From: an uncultured delta proteobacterium
Lineage (GTDB): Bacteria > Desulfobacterota > Desulfomonilia > Desulfomonilales > Desulfomonilaceae
Assembly (NCBI GenBank): GCA_963789265.1
Contig: CAWBKB010000001.1
Coordinates: 288,001 to 352,000, forward strand
Length of the DNA: 64,000 nt
Reading direction: 5' to 3'
Shown here: positions 10,996 to 22,219 of the stretch, piece after piece
Layout of the letters: each line of letters opens with the position of its first letter
How positions within the stretch are numbered: the stretch's first letter is position 1
Position numbers and translations under genes: made by a program
Notes under the pieces: generated by a model
What the model was told of the DNA's origin: nothing
The model's input: only the letters and a program-made list of their open reading frames with translations
Database searches by the model: none

Positions 10996-11955
10996 ATGGC
11001 AAGAATATTCTTAACTTCCGCGGCCATAGTTGTGTTGACGGCGTCGTGGGTATGCGCCGGCAACTTCGAGGCTCTGGCCAACGCGGGAATAGGCAGGCCA
11101 CCCACGCCGCTTCATATAGGGTTCGGAAAGGTGGTCAAGACGGAATTCAAGGCAGATCTCAACAAGAACTCGGGGATGCAGTTGGAATCCGACGCTCTCT
11201 TCCCCGAGCAGGCTCCGGCAAGACAGGGCTCGCGGTTAAAACTACAGCCGGCCGTGGCATTCAGGCACAGGCACAGTCGTGGCATGGCCCCTGCCTCGAA
11301 ACTGAGGTCCAAATCAGACCGACTGGCCGCCAGGGCCGGGACCAAAGATGAGAATACCGACATGGACTCCGACCTGGAAAAGGATCTCGTTATTTCTCCC
11401 CCTCCGCCCAAGACGGATGAAACACCAGGAGCGCAAGAAAAGCCGACGGTTGAAAAGAAGGCAGGAGCGGAAAAGAAGGCCGTGTCCGCAAAGAAGGCTG
11501 GAAAGAAGAGAGTCAGGCCCACAGTGAAAAGGATGGCTCCACCGCGATATGGAAATTACGCTGCCTCAATGAAGCGCATCCAGAAGGTCCATCCTACTGT
11601 TTCGCAGAATCCGTGGTCCTTCCCGGCGGGTGCGTATGAAAACCGACCTTACCGGGGCCCGCAGTATGCGACCTCAGAACCCCGGAACGCATTTAACGGC
11701 AGTAGGCCCCCGTACGGATACCCTCAAGAGGGACCACGCTACAACAATGTGGATCCTCGTAGGGCGGCGATGCAGCCCGGCACCGATGGGCGGTACGTGC
11801 GGGACGGCGTGACGATCAAATTAGCTCACGCTCCGGCCCCCGCACCCCCGCAGTTTTATCCTCCGGCGGAAGATGAATCTTCCGAGTCCGATCTTCTGTC
11901 CTCGGTAACGGAAATAGTCGGCCTCCCGTTCGCGTTCATCAGTTCCTTTTTCTAG
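10996..11955 (+). CDS. Secreted low-complexity hypothetical protein
   Basis: AAGGAG RBS, N-terminal signal peptide, Lys/Pro-rich body, hydrophobic C-terminus GLPFAFISSFF. Confidence 0.65.
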   Translation: MARIFLTSAAIVVLTASWVCAGNFEALANAGIGRPPTPLHIGFGKVVKTEFKADLNKNSGMQLESDALFPEQAPARQGSRLKLQPAVAFRHRHSRGMAPASKLRSKSDRLAARAGTKDENTDMDSDLEKDLVISPPPPKTDETPGAQEKPTVEKKAGAEKKAVSAKKAGKKRVRPTVKRMAPPRYGNYAASMKRIQKVHPTVSQNPWSFPAGAYENRPYRGPQYATSEPRNAFNGSRPPYGYPQEGPRYNNVDPRRAAMQPGTDGRYVRDGVTIKLAHAPAPAPPQFYPPAEDESSESDLLSSVTEIVGLPFAFISSFF

Positions 11956-12157
11956 TACGCAAGTAGGTCGTAAGCTTATGGCCAGAGCGCGCCCCTCCGA
12001 AAGGATGTGCGCGCTTTGTTTGTGCGGCTTGCATGACAGTAGGGCGGGCATACTGCCCGTCGTTTCAGCATTGTATGGGCATCTTGCTCGTCGACAGGCT
12101 GGACCTGTAGTCTCTTGCCCACCCAATATTAGATGGCGGGCGATCCCGCACTTCGCG

Positions 12158-12346
12158 CATAGGCGTTAACTTAACCCCGCGAAACGCAGGGTTCCCCCCC
12201 TTTCGTAAAGGGGGGCAAGGGGGGATTTTGGGATAACTGCCTGAAAATCCCCCTAAATCCCCCTTTAGAAAAGGGGGACTTTGATCGGCCTCGGCCTGCA
12301 TGGACCTCCTGAAAAGGAACGAAATTGCCTTAAGTTAACGCCTATG
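12158..12346. mobile_element. MITE with 17-bp perfect terminal inverted repeats carrying a REP-like doublet
   Basis: cataggcgttaacttaa / ttaagttaacgcctatg, flanked by cgcg on both sides; related ends at ~18583-18770. Confidence 0.65.
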
Positions 12347-12691
12347 CGCGGCACGCGGGATTCGTGGTTTCTTCTCGATTGATGCGGTTCCCCCGCGCAG
12401 AACGCGGGCTCACCAGCATCCTACGCCGATATCGACTCCTGTCCTTTGGCGGCAGCGACCGCCGGATTCATCCGGTGGGCCGAAAATGCCGCCGAAGCCA
12501 TCGCCGTCAGGCGGTGGAGCCTTCACTTGTGCGGCTTGCATGACAGTGGGGCGGGCATCTTGCCCGTCGTTTTACCATTGGGCGGGCAAGATGCGAGCCT
12601 GAAAACGGCGGGCAAGATGCCCACCCTACTGACGTTGGATGCCGATGGGTTCAGTACGGTAGTCTGCAATGAATTTTGAGACCCGCTCCTG

Positions 12692-13630
12692 TCAAACAGG
12701 TTCCACCACCCGACGGTCCGCGGAGGCTTCCAGTGCTTTGATGAGCTGGGCCAATGTGCGGTTAATCGGAGCCGCAAGTCCCATGCGTTCCGCTTCCCCG
12801 GCGAGTGCAGCGTTTATGAAGTCTATCTCGGTGCGGCGTGCGGCAAGAATGTCCTGAAACATCGAGTTTAAGTTGCCCGCTGTGCCCTCGCATACAGCAA
12901 TCACCCGCGCCTCTGCATTGTCGAAAATGAGATGGATCCCTTTTGCCCGTACGATGGTCAAGCACTCTTCGACTATGTCGTGAATCAGTTCTTTTCCCGC
13001 GGCACTGGCGGGCAGGTCGCCGTTACGGAGCCTCAAAAGGGTGGCCGGAGCATTAATGGCCGCGTTAATGATCAGTTTAGACCATACACAGCCGACCGCG
13101 TTGTCAACCGCGTGAATCGGCCCTGCATTCATCTTCTCCAGGACTGTTGCAACTGCTCGCGTGCGGTCCCGAACGATCCCATCCGGTTCCCCAAGGTGGG
13201 TGGCGCCGAAACCGGTGTGCCGGAATCCAGCCCCCCCCAATGCCATCGCACCGACGGTGGTGGTCCCCAAAAGCACACACCCGGGAAAAGCAGCCTCCAG
13301 AATCTCGTAGTTTCCAATGCCGTTCTGAAGCGTGAGAACTAGGCTTTTGTCCGAAAGAACTCGTTCTATCGTGGGAATAGTGCCGGTAGTGTCGTACGCC
13401 TTTACCAGCACGAGCACTAGATCCACTTTGCCCGCTTCTGCCGGGTCCCAAACGATCCGAGGAGTTATGACGCGATTCCCGGAGACCCCTTCGAGCCGGA
13501 GCCCTTCTTCTCTGACCACGCGTACTTGCTCTTTGTCACGCTCCAGAAGAACGGTATCCACTCCGCCTTCCGAGAGCAATCCGCCGAGTACCGACCCCAG
13601 CGCGCCAGCTCCTATTATTCCGACCCGCAT
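12692..13630 (-). CDS. panE: 2-dehydropantoate 2-reductase
   Basis: GAGALG, VKAYD, LQNGIG, WSKLIINAAIN, SMFQD...RTEIDFIN; adjacent to panB. Confidence 0.92.
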   Translation of the reverse strand: MRVGIIGAGALGSVLGGLLSEGGVDTVLLERDKEQVRVVREEGLRLEGVSGNRVITPRIVWDPAEAGKVDLVLVLVKAYDTTGTIPTIERVLSDKSLVLTLQNGIGNYEILEAAFPGCVLLGTTTVGAMALGGAGFRHTGFGATHLGEPDGIVRDRTRAVATVLEKMNAGPIHAVDNAVGCVWSKLIINAAINAPATLLRLRNGDLPASAAGKELIHDIVEECLTIVRAKGIHLIFDNAEARVIAVCEGTAGNLNSMFQDILAARRTEIDFINAALAGEAERMGLAAPINRTLAQLIKALEASADRRVVEPV

Positions 13631-13650
13631 TTGTGCGCCTTCCGATGCTT

Positions 13651-14502
13651 TCAATTCTGTTCCGGATAAAGTTTTGCCAATTCTTCTGCCACATCTTCCG
13701 GCATAGGATAACAGTGCTCCACGGCAGGAAAAGTTCCCGCAGCAACGTCCTTCTTGAATTCGGCGAGACCTTCCACTATTTGCGCGCCGACCTCTTTGTA
13801 CTTCTTTACAAACTTGGGAGGCTTGCGGTCAAACATGCCGATCATGTCGTGAATGACGAGCACTTGTCCATCGCAATGGGGCCCGGCGCCGATACCGAAC
13901 ACCGGTACCGATGCCCTGCGGGTAATTATGCGGGCCACCTCCGCGGGAACCGCTTCGAGCAATAGTGTGGATACTCCGGCTTCCTGGAGGATGTCCGCGT
14001 CTTCGATCAATTTCTTTGCGGTAGCTATGTCCTTGCCCTGAACTCTGTACCCTCCCAATTGCGCCACTGCTTGCGGAGTCAATCCCATGTGCCCCATCAC
14101 CGGGATGCTTGCATTCACCATAGCTCGGATGGTTTCGGCCATCTCGCGGCCCCCCTCGAGCTTCACCGCGTCGCATGCCCCTTCCGCCATGAACCTTCCG
14201 CCATTTCGAATGGCCTCCGACTTGGACACCTGGTAGCTCATGTAGGGCATGTCTCCCACCAGATAAACATCCGGTGCGCCAAGGCGAACGGCCTTCACGT
14301 GGGGCAACATGAGGTCCATTGTCACAGGCAGGGTTGAGTCGTACCCGTATATCACCATGCCTATAGAATCACCGATCAGGATCACGTCGATTCCGGCCTT
14401 TTGTTCCAGCACGGCAAATGGATAGTCATAAGCCGTCAGGAAGGTCATCCGCTCCTTCCTGGCCTTCTTTTCCCTAAGCGTATGAATTGTAACTTTCGGC
14501 AT
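13651..14502 (-). CDS. panB: 3-methyl-2-oxobutanoate hydroxymethyltransferase
   Basis: LTAYD, IGDS.GM, DMPYMSY, VKLEGG, GHMGLTPQ, GIGAG..CDGQVLV. Confidence 0.95.
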   Translation of the reverse strand: MPKVTIHTLREKKARKERMTFLTAYDYPFAVLEQKAGIDVILIGDSIGMVIYGYDSTLPVTMDLMLPHVKAVRLGAPDVYLVGDMPYMSYQVSKSEAIRNGGRFMAEGACDAVKLEGGREMAETIRAMVNASIPVMGHMGLTPQAVAQLGGYRVQGKDIATAKKLIEDADILQEAGVSTLLLEAVPAEVARIITRRASVPVFGIGAGPHCDGQVLVIHDMIGMFDRKPPKFVKKYKEVGAQIVEGLAEFKKDVAAGTFPAVEHCYPMPEDVAEELAKLYPEQN

Positions 14503-15082
14503 GGCAACCTCTTCAAGTGTGGTCTTCAGCGCTCACCAAGAATGAATAGGCGAGCGTTTCGGATTCAGAAAAAACAAAAGAAATTAAGCGACTGCCCAGC
14601 GGGCAATCGGTCCTTCGGTTCACGGGAGATCACCTCAGAGTGCACAGAGAGAAAGGATCGGTTGTTCAACCCCACGTATTTAACGGCCGCGTGCAGCCGA
14701 ACCGGCATTACCCTTCCCGCGTCTCGCGGGATCACAGACAGGAATTCGCACCTCCATAGCATAGTCTTGCCGAGAAAACAGAATTGTCTGCGATCTCCGC
14801 GGTGAACTATGACAAAATCGGAAAAGGAGTGCCTTTCGTATTCAAGAGCATACATGAATCGGAAAGGGAATCGCAACAACTCCCATGTCTAACTGAAGGG
14901 TTATCTTTAGACCTGCCCAGCCGTTGAATTCCCAGCGGAAATCCTATAAAGTTTGAGATTGCGCTGCATGCTTGGGCCTTGCTTCCGCACGGCGGCATCG
15001 CCGTGATGAGGCGGGCACTAGCGTGCTATACAGCATCGAGTATCGGGCCTCCGGATTTCGGCGGCTTCGGAGAAAATAATCA

Positions 15083-16436
15083 ATGGCAGGCTCCACAACC
15101 GGGGGATCCGATTCCTCCCAGCAGGATACGATCTTTTCTGAGATCCAGTCGTTTTTCACTTCAGTAAAAACCACAATCGGGTTGTTGGTTCTTCTCGCCG
15201 CGGGCTCCATCGTCGGCACGGTGGTCCCGCAAGGTTTTCCTGCACAGTTCGTAGCCTTGGAGTCACCTTTTTACTACCGGCTCACGGCGATTTTGGACCT
15301 CCACGGCGTCTACAGGAGCTGGTGGTTCATTCTCCTCTTACTTCTTCTATCGCTGAATCTCCTTGGATGCCTGCTGAAAAGATTATTCGCGATTCCGGCC
15401 GAATGGAAAGGAACTTCCCGGAAAACCTCCTTCAGTTTCACCCTGTCGGACCTCAGACAGCCTGAAGAGCTTAAAGGCGTTGTCACCTCCGCGCTCAAAG
15501 GGTTTATCGGCTCCCCGAGCACAGAAGTCGATGAGGCAGTGTCGCTCCGTCTCACGTGGCTCAAACATCGAATTTACTTGCTGGGCTTCCCTTTCATTCA
15601 CCTTGCCATCATTGTGATACTTCTCGGCGGGTTAATTGGCGTCTTCTATGGCTGGAAAGGCCATATACTCATCAAGGAAGGAGATGTAGGGAAGGAATTC
15701 AACACGTTCCCGGACGATTCCATTGGTTCTCTTCCGTTTCAGGTAGCTGTTGACAACTTTACCTTGAAACGCTATCCGACCGGCGAACCCAAGGAATACC
15801 GAACCGATGTCAGGCTGATGGTGAATGGTCGCGTCCTGAAGAAAGGCTCAATTCGTGTTAACCATCCGTTGACCTTCGAAGGCATCTCGTTTTATCAGAG
15901 TGACTATCATGTGTTGGGCGTGAAGCAGCTCAGGCTCGCTGTGGTCGAACCCGGTGGAAAGGCTACAGAAACTTGTCGTCCGGCCGCATTCCGAAGCCCG
16001 AGTACCGGGAAGTACCTACGATGTTCGCTTGACCAGTCTTGATCCCGGCACCACCGAACGAGGAGTCGGGGCGGAAATTACCGCGGAGTCCCCGGGAACG
16101 AAACCCGAAAGCATCCAATTGTTCCGCAGTGACAAATCTCCTGTCAAACTCGGGGATGCGCAGATCCGTTTCCTTGATTATCTCCCGCTTTACGCTACAG
16201 GACTCCAGATCGGCTATGATCCGGGCAGTACAGTAGTGTGGATAGGCTGTTTTATGCTGATTGCCGGATTCTTCCTGACTCTGTTTACAAACCAGCGTCG
16301 CCTGACCATCCGAATGGCGGCCACAGGAACGGGTACCGAAATAAATATCTCTGGGAGCAGCCGCAAGCTTCGTCGTGAATTCAGGAAAACGGTCAAGAAG
16401 AAGGTTTCGGAAGGTTTAAATACCAACACCCCATAG
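15083..16436 (+). CDS. resB: Cytochrome c biogenesis protein ResB/Ccs1, frameshifted near 15965
   Basis: GSIVGTVVPQ, VYRSWWF, HLAIIVILLG, IRVNHPL..EG..FYQ, TGLQIGYDPG in two frames. Confidence 0.85.
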
Positions 16437-16486
16437 TGCATCGGCCACATGGAGAGACGTATCGCCGAGGACTTTTGGAAAATCAC

Positions 16487-17305
16487 ATGATAAGCACCAA
16501 TCTCAACACTTATGTAACTTTCGGCTACCTGGCGGTAGGAGTCTGGTTCCTTGTAGTCCATATCCTGCCCTCTCCTGCGACACTGATGCGCAAAGCGGTG
16601 TTCGGTTTGTTCATCTTTGTGTTTGCTCTGCACACCGCGGGCATCGGTCTGAGGTGGATCGAGTCTTACCGGATGGGATTGGGCCATGCGCCTCTGTCCA
16701 ATCTATATGAGTCCCTGGTATTCTTCGCGTGGGCCATTGCCCTGGCACTGATCATTGCGCGGCTAAGATTTGGAACCGACCTAATCGTGCTGCTCGGAAC
16801 GCCTTTGGTGTTCCTGACCATGGCCTCCACCTTTCTGCAGGATCCCAGCATCAAGCCTTTAATTCCGGCACTTCAGTCCAACTGGCTGGTGGCTCACGTT
16901 ATTACATGTTTTCTCGGCTATGCAGGCTTTACAATATCTTTTGTGGCGGCCTTGCTGTTGCTGCTCGCAAGAGGATCTGAAGTCGCGGGCAAACGTCTTC
17001 CGCGTTCCGACTTCCTCGACGAGATCGTGTACCGCTCGGTGTTGATCGGTTTTCCCCTGCTCACGATAGGAATAATAACGGGCGCTGCGTGGGCGGATTA
17101 TGCATGGGGGAGCTACTGGTCCTGGGACCCGAAGGAAACCTGGTCATTGGTCACATGGCTTGTCTATTCCGCATTCCTCCACGCCAGACTCGCCCGGGGA
17201 TGGTCCGGGCGCCGGACTGCCGTATTATCCGTAGTCGGTTTTGCAGCCGTGATGTTCACATATTTTGGTGTTAACTACCTCCCCGGCCTTCACAGCTATT
17301 TTTGA
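16487..17305 (+). CDS. ccsA: Cytochrome c biogenesis heme ligase CcsA/ResC
   Basis: HAPLSNLYES, PALQSNWLVAHV, WWD motif WGSYWSWDPKETW, GLHSY. Confidence 0.93.
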   Translation: MISTNLNTYVTFGYLAVGVWFLVVHILPSPATLMRKAVFGLFIFVFALHTAGIGLRWIESYRMGLGHAPLSNLYESLVFFAWAIALALIIARLRFGTDLIVLLGTPLVFLTMASTFLQDPSIKPLIPALQSNWLVAHVITCFLGYAGFTISFVAALLLLLARGSEVAGKRLPRSDFLDEIVYRSVLIGFPLLTIGIITGAAWADYAWGSYWSWDPKETWSLVTWLVYSAFLHARLARGWSGRRTAVLSVVGFAAVMFTYFGVNYLPGLHSYF

Positions 17306-17376
17306 GGAGGCCGGGAGGATAGACGTTTCAGACCCTTCTTTTGGCTATAACGCATGCCACGTTGCGCAGGATAATC

Positions 17377-18439
17377 ATGGACGCCCGGAAAATCGGCAAT
17401 CTCTTTGTCATTGGTTTCAACGGAACAGAGTTCACGTCCGACGTCCGTGACCTTATAGACGAGTTACACCCATCAGGCGTGATCCTTTTCTCCAGAAATA
17501 TTGTAGATCCGATCCAGACAGCCGAACTTAATCATGACCTCCAGAGTCACGCACTAAGCCGATGGGGACACGGGATCTTCATAGGCGTGGATCAGGAAGG
17601 CGGACGGGTTCGCCGACTTCGAGAGCCATTCCACGCGTTCTCACCTGCACTGAAGCTTGCTTCTTCTCAGGAGCCCGAAGAAGCTGTGCGAGAATTCGCA
17701 CGTGTGACTGCCCGGGAGGCAAGACTGGTCGGGTTCAATCTGGACTTCGTGCCGGTACTTGACGTGCTGAAAAGCGAGGAGATTGAGATGTCCTCAGTGA
17801 TCGGCGACAGGTCCTACGGACAAGACCCTAGCACGGTCTGGCTCCTGGGCAAGTTGGTAATAGAAGGCATGAGGGCCGGAGGCATTATTCCCTGCGCAAA
17901 GCATTTTCCCGGTCATGGGGGGACATGCGTGGATTCGCATAAGGATCTTCCCGTCGATGACAGATCTCTGGAACTGATGGAAGGCCGCGATATGATCCCC
18001 TTTCGAAATGCCGCGGACTATCAAATCGAAATGATGATGACTGCTCATGTACCTTTATCCGGCTCTAGATGAGCATCTACCTGCCACACTGTCACCAAAG
18101 GTGGTAACTAATCTGCTACGAGGACAAATGTCGTACAACGGTGTGGTGATCACTGACGATCTTGACATGGGCGCGGTGGCGGGCCGTTATTCCGCGGCTG
18201 AATCTGCGTTGAGTGCTTTTTCCGCAGGAGTGGACCTGCTCCTGATTTGCAACGACCCTGAAAAGGTATTTTCAGCGAGAGAGCGATTGCTCCGCGCATT
18301 AAAAGATGAGGAGATCTCGGACAAGCGTGTGACCCAATCGCTGGGGCGCATCGAGGATCTCAGATCCAGGTATTCCGCGTCGATGAAGCCTTGTGACAAG
18401 AAGGCTGTCCGGGATTATTTCGGTCAAAGTGTCGTCTGA
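17377..18439 (+). CDS. nagZ: Beta-N-acetylhexosaminidase (GH3), frameshifted near 18050
   Basis: DQEGGRV, KHFPGHG...DSH, MTAHV, ITDDLDMGA. Confidence 0.88.
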
Positions 18440-18607
18440 CATGGAATTGTTCGAGAAATCGAGCACGATCTTGTCAAAGCCTCCCGCGAGACGCGGGATG
18501 GCACCTCCGGTGCCCATGTTGATCTGATGCCGGATGCCACGGACCATCAAAGTCCGCCTTTCATAAAGGGGGATTTAGGGGCAGGCGCTAAAATAAGCTT
18601 CAAGTCC

Positions 18608-18667
18608 TCTTCGTCCCCGAGGGGCGCCCGAAGGATGCATCCTTCGGGCGCCCCTCGGGGACGAAGA
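18608..18667. repeat. Perfect 60-bp palindrome with no loop, inside a MITE-like element
   Basis: tcttcgtccccgaggggcgcccgaaggatg|catccttcgggcgcccctcggggacgaaga. Confidence 0.9.
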
Positions 18668-18905
18668 TTGAATCATTGCTTATCGGCCACCCGGCAATGA
18701 ATTGCCGGGCTACTATCATTGAGCCCCTCCAGGGCTCACAGAGGGCAGGCTCGTTATTTTAACGCCTATGGGGTTTAGGGGGATTTCCAATATGTTATCG
18801 CACCCCCGTGCCCCTCTGCAAAAGGGTGCCCGCCATTCCATGCGTCAAAGTTAGCGACCTGTGGTGGCCAACCGGCATAAGGACCCAAAGAGCGGTACGG
18901 CTATC

Positions 18906-19683
18906 ATGACTGATCAAAGTGTTCCCTCACGGTTCTCCCAGAGATTTGCAGGGAAGGTGGCTCTCGTAACAGGAGCCGGCCAAGGAATCGGCCGGGCCAC
19001 AGCCCTTCGCCTGGCGCAGGAGAGCGCGGTTGTTGGGGTCCTGGACCGAAACCCGACAACTGCCAGCGGAAACGATTAATATGGTCAGAGACATGGGGGG
19101 CCGCGGCCTTGATCTTGTGGCCGATGTTTCAGACGCTCAAGCAGTCACCGAGCAAGTACGAACCCTGCTGGAAGACTCCGGGCGCATAGACGTGCTAATC
19201 AATAACGCAGGTTTCGATCGCCCTGGAGGGTTCCTGAAAATCGGTCTCGACGATTTCAGGGCGGTCTGGGAGGTCCATTTGCTGGGGGCCATAAATTGCT
19301 GCCGTGCCTGCGGGCCGCTCATGATCGAACGAGGCGACGGAAGGATCGTAAATGTGTCATCCATTTACGGAAAAGTTGGATCAAAGGGAGAATCCGCTTA
19401 CTCTTCAGCCAAGGCGGGCTTGATAGGTCTGACCAAGTCGCTGGCCCGCGAGTGGGGAGCCAAAGGGGTTCGAGTTAACGCTGTCCTGCCGGGCTTGACC
19501 AATACCCCGGCTATAAGAAATTTAATGAATCTTAAGATCAAAGAAACCATAGTTGCGGAAACGCCGCTGGGAAGGGCGGCAGATCCATCTGAGATCGCGG
19601 CGGCAATTGCTTTTCTGGCTTCCGACGACGCGAGCTTCGTCACAGGCGCTACGCTGGAGGTAACAGGCGGCTGGAATTTGTGA
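18906..19683 (+). CDS. SDR family oxidoreductase (FabG-like), frameshifted near 19065
   Basis: [27 protein letters not shown]. Confidence 0.88.
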
Positions 19684-19892
19684 GAAAACCAGCGGGGCCT
19701 TGCAGTTTGCGGCTTTCGTGTACTACATGTTTTTTATTGCAAACGTTGTCCCGATGGCAGTAAAGTTATTGGTCTTGCTCTGCGGTACTGAATTTTGTTC
19801 GTCCTCATGTCTGGCGTGCAAGGGCCGCGATGATATTGGTTCAGGGCATGAGGGGCAATCTGCCGGCGAAAATTATTGGAGGCGCGTGGTTT

Positions 19893-21056
19893 ATGAATCT
19901 TCACGAATATCAATCCAAAGAGTTGTTGGCCGAGCAGGGGGTGACCATTCCAAGGGGCTCGCTCTGCTACGATCCTCTCGAGGCGCTGATCGCGGCTCGA
20001 GAGTTAAAGAGCGACACGGTGGTGCTCAAGGCCCAGGTTCATTCCGGTGGCAGGGGCAAAGCCGGGGGTGTGGCAGTCGTTTCCATGGATGAGGACATTC
20101 GCGCCGCGGCCGCCCGGATTCTGAGCCAGAGGCTCGTCACCAACCAAACCGGCCCCCAGGGTAAACCTGTCAGTGCCCTCCTGGTGGAAGAAGCGCTTCC
20201 CATTGACCGGGAGATGTATCTCGGGGTCGTGCTGGATAGGAAAACCGGGCGAGTGACAATCATGGCCAGTCTTGCGGGCGGAGTGGAGATTGAAGCGCTG
20301 GCGAATGAATCTCCGGAGAAAATCTTCACGATAAGCGTGCATCCTCTGAGGGGGCTTTCCCCGTTCCAAGCGAGGGGCATGGCGTATCGGCTTTCCAACA
20401 CTAAGGCCGTGGCGACGCAAATCACAAAAATCATTACTGTCCTCTACCGGATCTTCGTGGAGTACGATTGTTCCCTGGTTGAAATTAATCCCCTGATCAT
20501 TTCGGGCGACCGCGTCCTCGCGCTGGATGCGAAGATCAACCTGGATGACCATTCGCTTTTCCGACACCCCGAGATGGAGCGTTTGCGCGACAGGTCGCAG
20601 GAAGACCTGCTCGAATTGTCGGCTCGAAAGGACGGGTTGAGTTACATAAGGCTCAGCGGCAACATCGGATGCATAGTTAACGGGGCGGGTCTGGCAATGG
20701 CAACGCTTGATCTCATATCGCTTCACGGAGGGACTCCGGCCAATTTTCTGGATGTTGGCGGCGGAGCCAGCGAGCAAGCAGTGGCCGATGCCATGAGCAT
20801 TCTCCTGGACGATTCCAATGTGAAGGCGATATTCATCAACATCTTCGGAGGAATACTCCGCTGCGACGTGCTGGCCCGCGGCGTCATCAAGGCCATTAAG
20901 CAGCGTGGTACTGCGCTGCCGGTGATAGCTCGGCTCGAAGGGACAAACATCGAAGAAGGGCGTTCCCTGTTTGAAGAATCCGGCCTCCCGATAGAAATGA
21001 TTCAATCGCTGAACGACGCGGCCAAACTCGTCGTGGAAAAGGCCGCTTCTGCGTAA
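19893..21056 (+). CDS. sucC: Succinyl-CoA synthetase beta subunit
   Basis: MNLHEYQSK, KAQVHSGGRGKAGGV, NGAGLAMAT, NIFGGILRCD. Confidence 0.95.
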   Translation: MNLHEYQSKELLAEQGVTIPRGSLCYDPLEALIAARELKSDTVVLKAQVHSGGRGKAGGVAVVSMDEDIRAAAARILSQRLVTNQTGPQGKPVSALLVEEALPIDREMYLGVVLDRKTGRVTIMASLAGGVEIEALANESPEKIFTISVHPLRGLSPFQARGMAYRLSNTKAVATQITKIITVLYRIFVEYDCSLVEINPLIISGDRVLALDAKINLDDHSLFRHPEMERLRDRSQEDLLELSARKDGLSYIRLSGNIGCIVNGAGLAMATLDLISLHGGTPANFLDVGGGASEQAVADAMSILLDDSNVKAIFINIFGGILRCDVLARGVIKAIKQRGTALPVIARLEGTNIEEGRSLFEESGLPIEMIQSLNDAAKLVVEKAASA

Positions 21057-21309
21057 CGGGGTTCCACAAATTTTGCTTGCTCTGAAAGCAGGCTGGTTTC
21101 TAATCATGCGAATCGGTTGGCAGCAAAACCGCACTGACCTGACGCCCGGGATGGGGCTCAGGTCAGTGGCACCCGGCATCGGGTCATCATGGAGTCCCGG
21201 GTGCCATCCCGCGTCTCGCGGGAGGCTTTGTCGGATCCTTGCTGGATTTACCGAATTTTACATTGTTTAGCCGCCGATCTGATATGAGTCTCTCCCACGG
21301 AGAATTGAA

Positions 21310-22203
21310 ATGGCAATCCTGGTCAACAGAGAATCCCGGGTAATATGTCAGGGTATAACCGGGCGTAATGGGACTTTTCATTCTTTGGCCTGCCGGGAAT
21401 ACGGCACCAACATGGTCGGTGGTGTCACACCCGGCAAAGGCGGAGAGACAGTGGACGGCATCCCTGTCTTCAACACCGTCTCTGATGCGGTGAAAGAGAC
21501 CGGCGCCGACGTGTCGCTGATCTTCGTGCCGGCCGCGTACGCGAAGGACCCTATCCTTGAGGCGGTGGACGCGGGGATTCGCGTCATCGTCTGCATAACC
21601 GAGGGTATACCGCCCCTTGACACGGCATCGGCCCTCCACACTGTTCGTGAGGAGGGGAGATGGCTTATCGGCCCCAACACTCCCGGGATTATATCGCCAA
21701 AAGAGAAGTGCAAAGTCGGCATCATGCCGGGTTACATTCCTAAGCCGGGTCCTGTAGGGGTTATTTCACGCTCCGGCACCCTCACCTATGAAGTGGTCGA
21801 TCAACTCACCAAGAACGGGGTCGGGCAGAGTACATGCATGGGCCTCGGCGGAGACCCGGTCGTCGGTATGAGCTTTATTGATGCGCTGAAAATGTTTCGC
21901 GAAGACCCTGAGACCGAAGCGGTAGTCCTGATCGGTGAGATAGGAGGCTCTGCTGAAGAACAAGCCGCGGAGTTCATCAAAAACGAGTTCGATAAGCCCG
22001 TAGTAGCCTATGTTGCCGGACGGCTTGCACCTCCGGGAAAACGCATGGGGCATGCCGGCGCGATCATATCCGGGGGATCGGGAACAGCTCAGGGGAAGAT
22101 TAAAGCGCTCACCGAGGCGGGTGTGACCGTGGTTGATAATCTGACCCAGGTTGGAGCCGCGGCCAGACAAGCGCTTAAGGAACCGGGATCCTCAAGAATG
22201 TAG
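21310..22203 (+). CDS. sucD: Succinyl-CoA synthetase alpha subunit
   Basis: [35 protein letters not shown]. Confidence 0.95.
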   Translation: MAILVNRESRVICQGITGRNGTFHSLACREYGTNMVGGVTPGKGGETVDGIPVFNTVSDAVKETGADVSLIFVPAAYAKDPILEAVDAGIRVIVCITEGIPPLDTASALHTVREEGRWLIGPNTPGIISPKEKCKVGIMPGYIPKPGPVGVISRSGTLTYEVVDQLTKNGVGQSTCMGLGGDPVVGMSFIDALKMFREDPETEAVVLIGEIGGSAEEQAAEFIKNEFDKPVVAYVAGRLAPPGKRMGHAGAIISGGSGTAQGKIKALTEAGVTVVDNLTQVGAAARQALKEPGSSRM

Positions 22204-22219
22204 GGAAGAGGAGACGTAA

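Noticed and set aside
20004..21179. Long antisense ORFs (391 aa here; also 4332-5096, 5922-6734, 8662-9447, 55094-55972, 62690-63385)
   Set aside because: They are shadows of well-supported genes on the opposite strand
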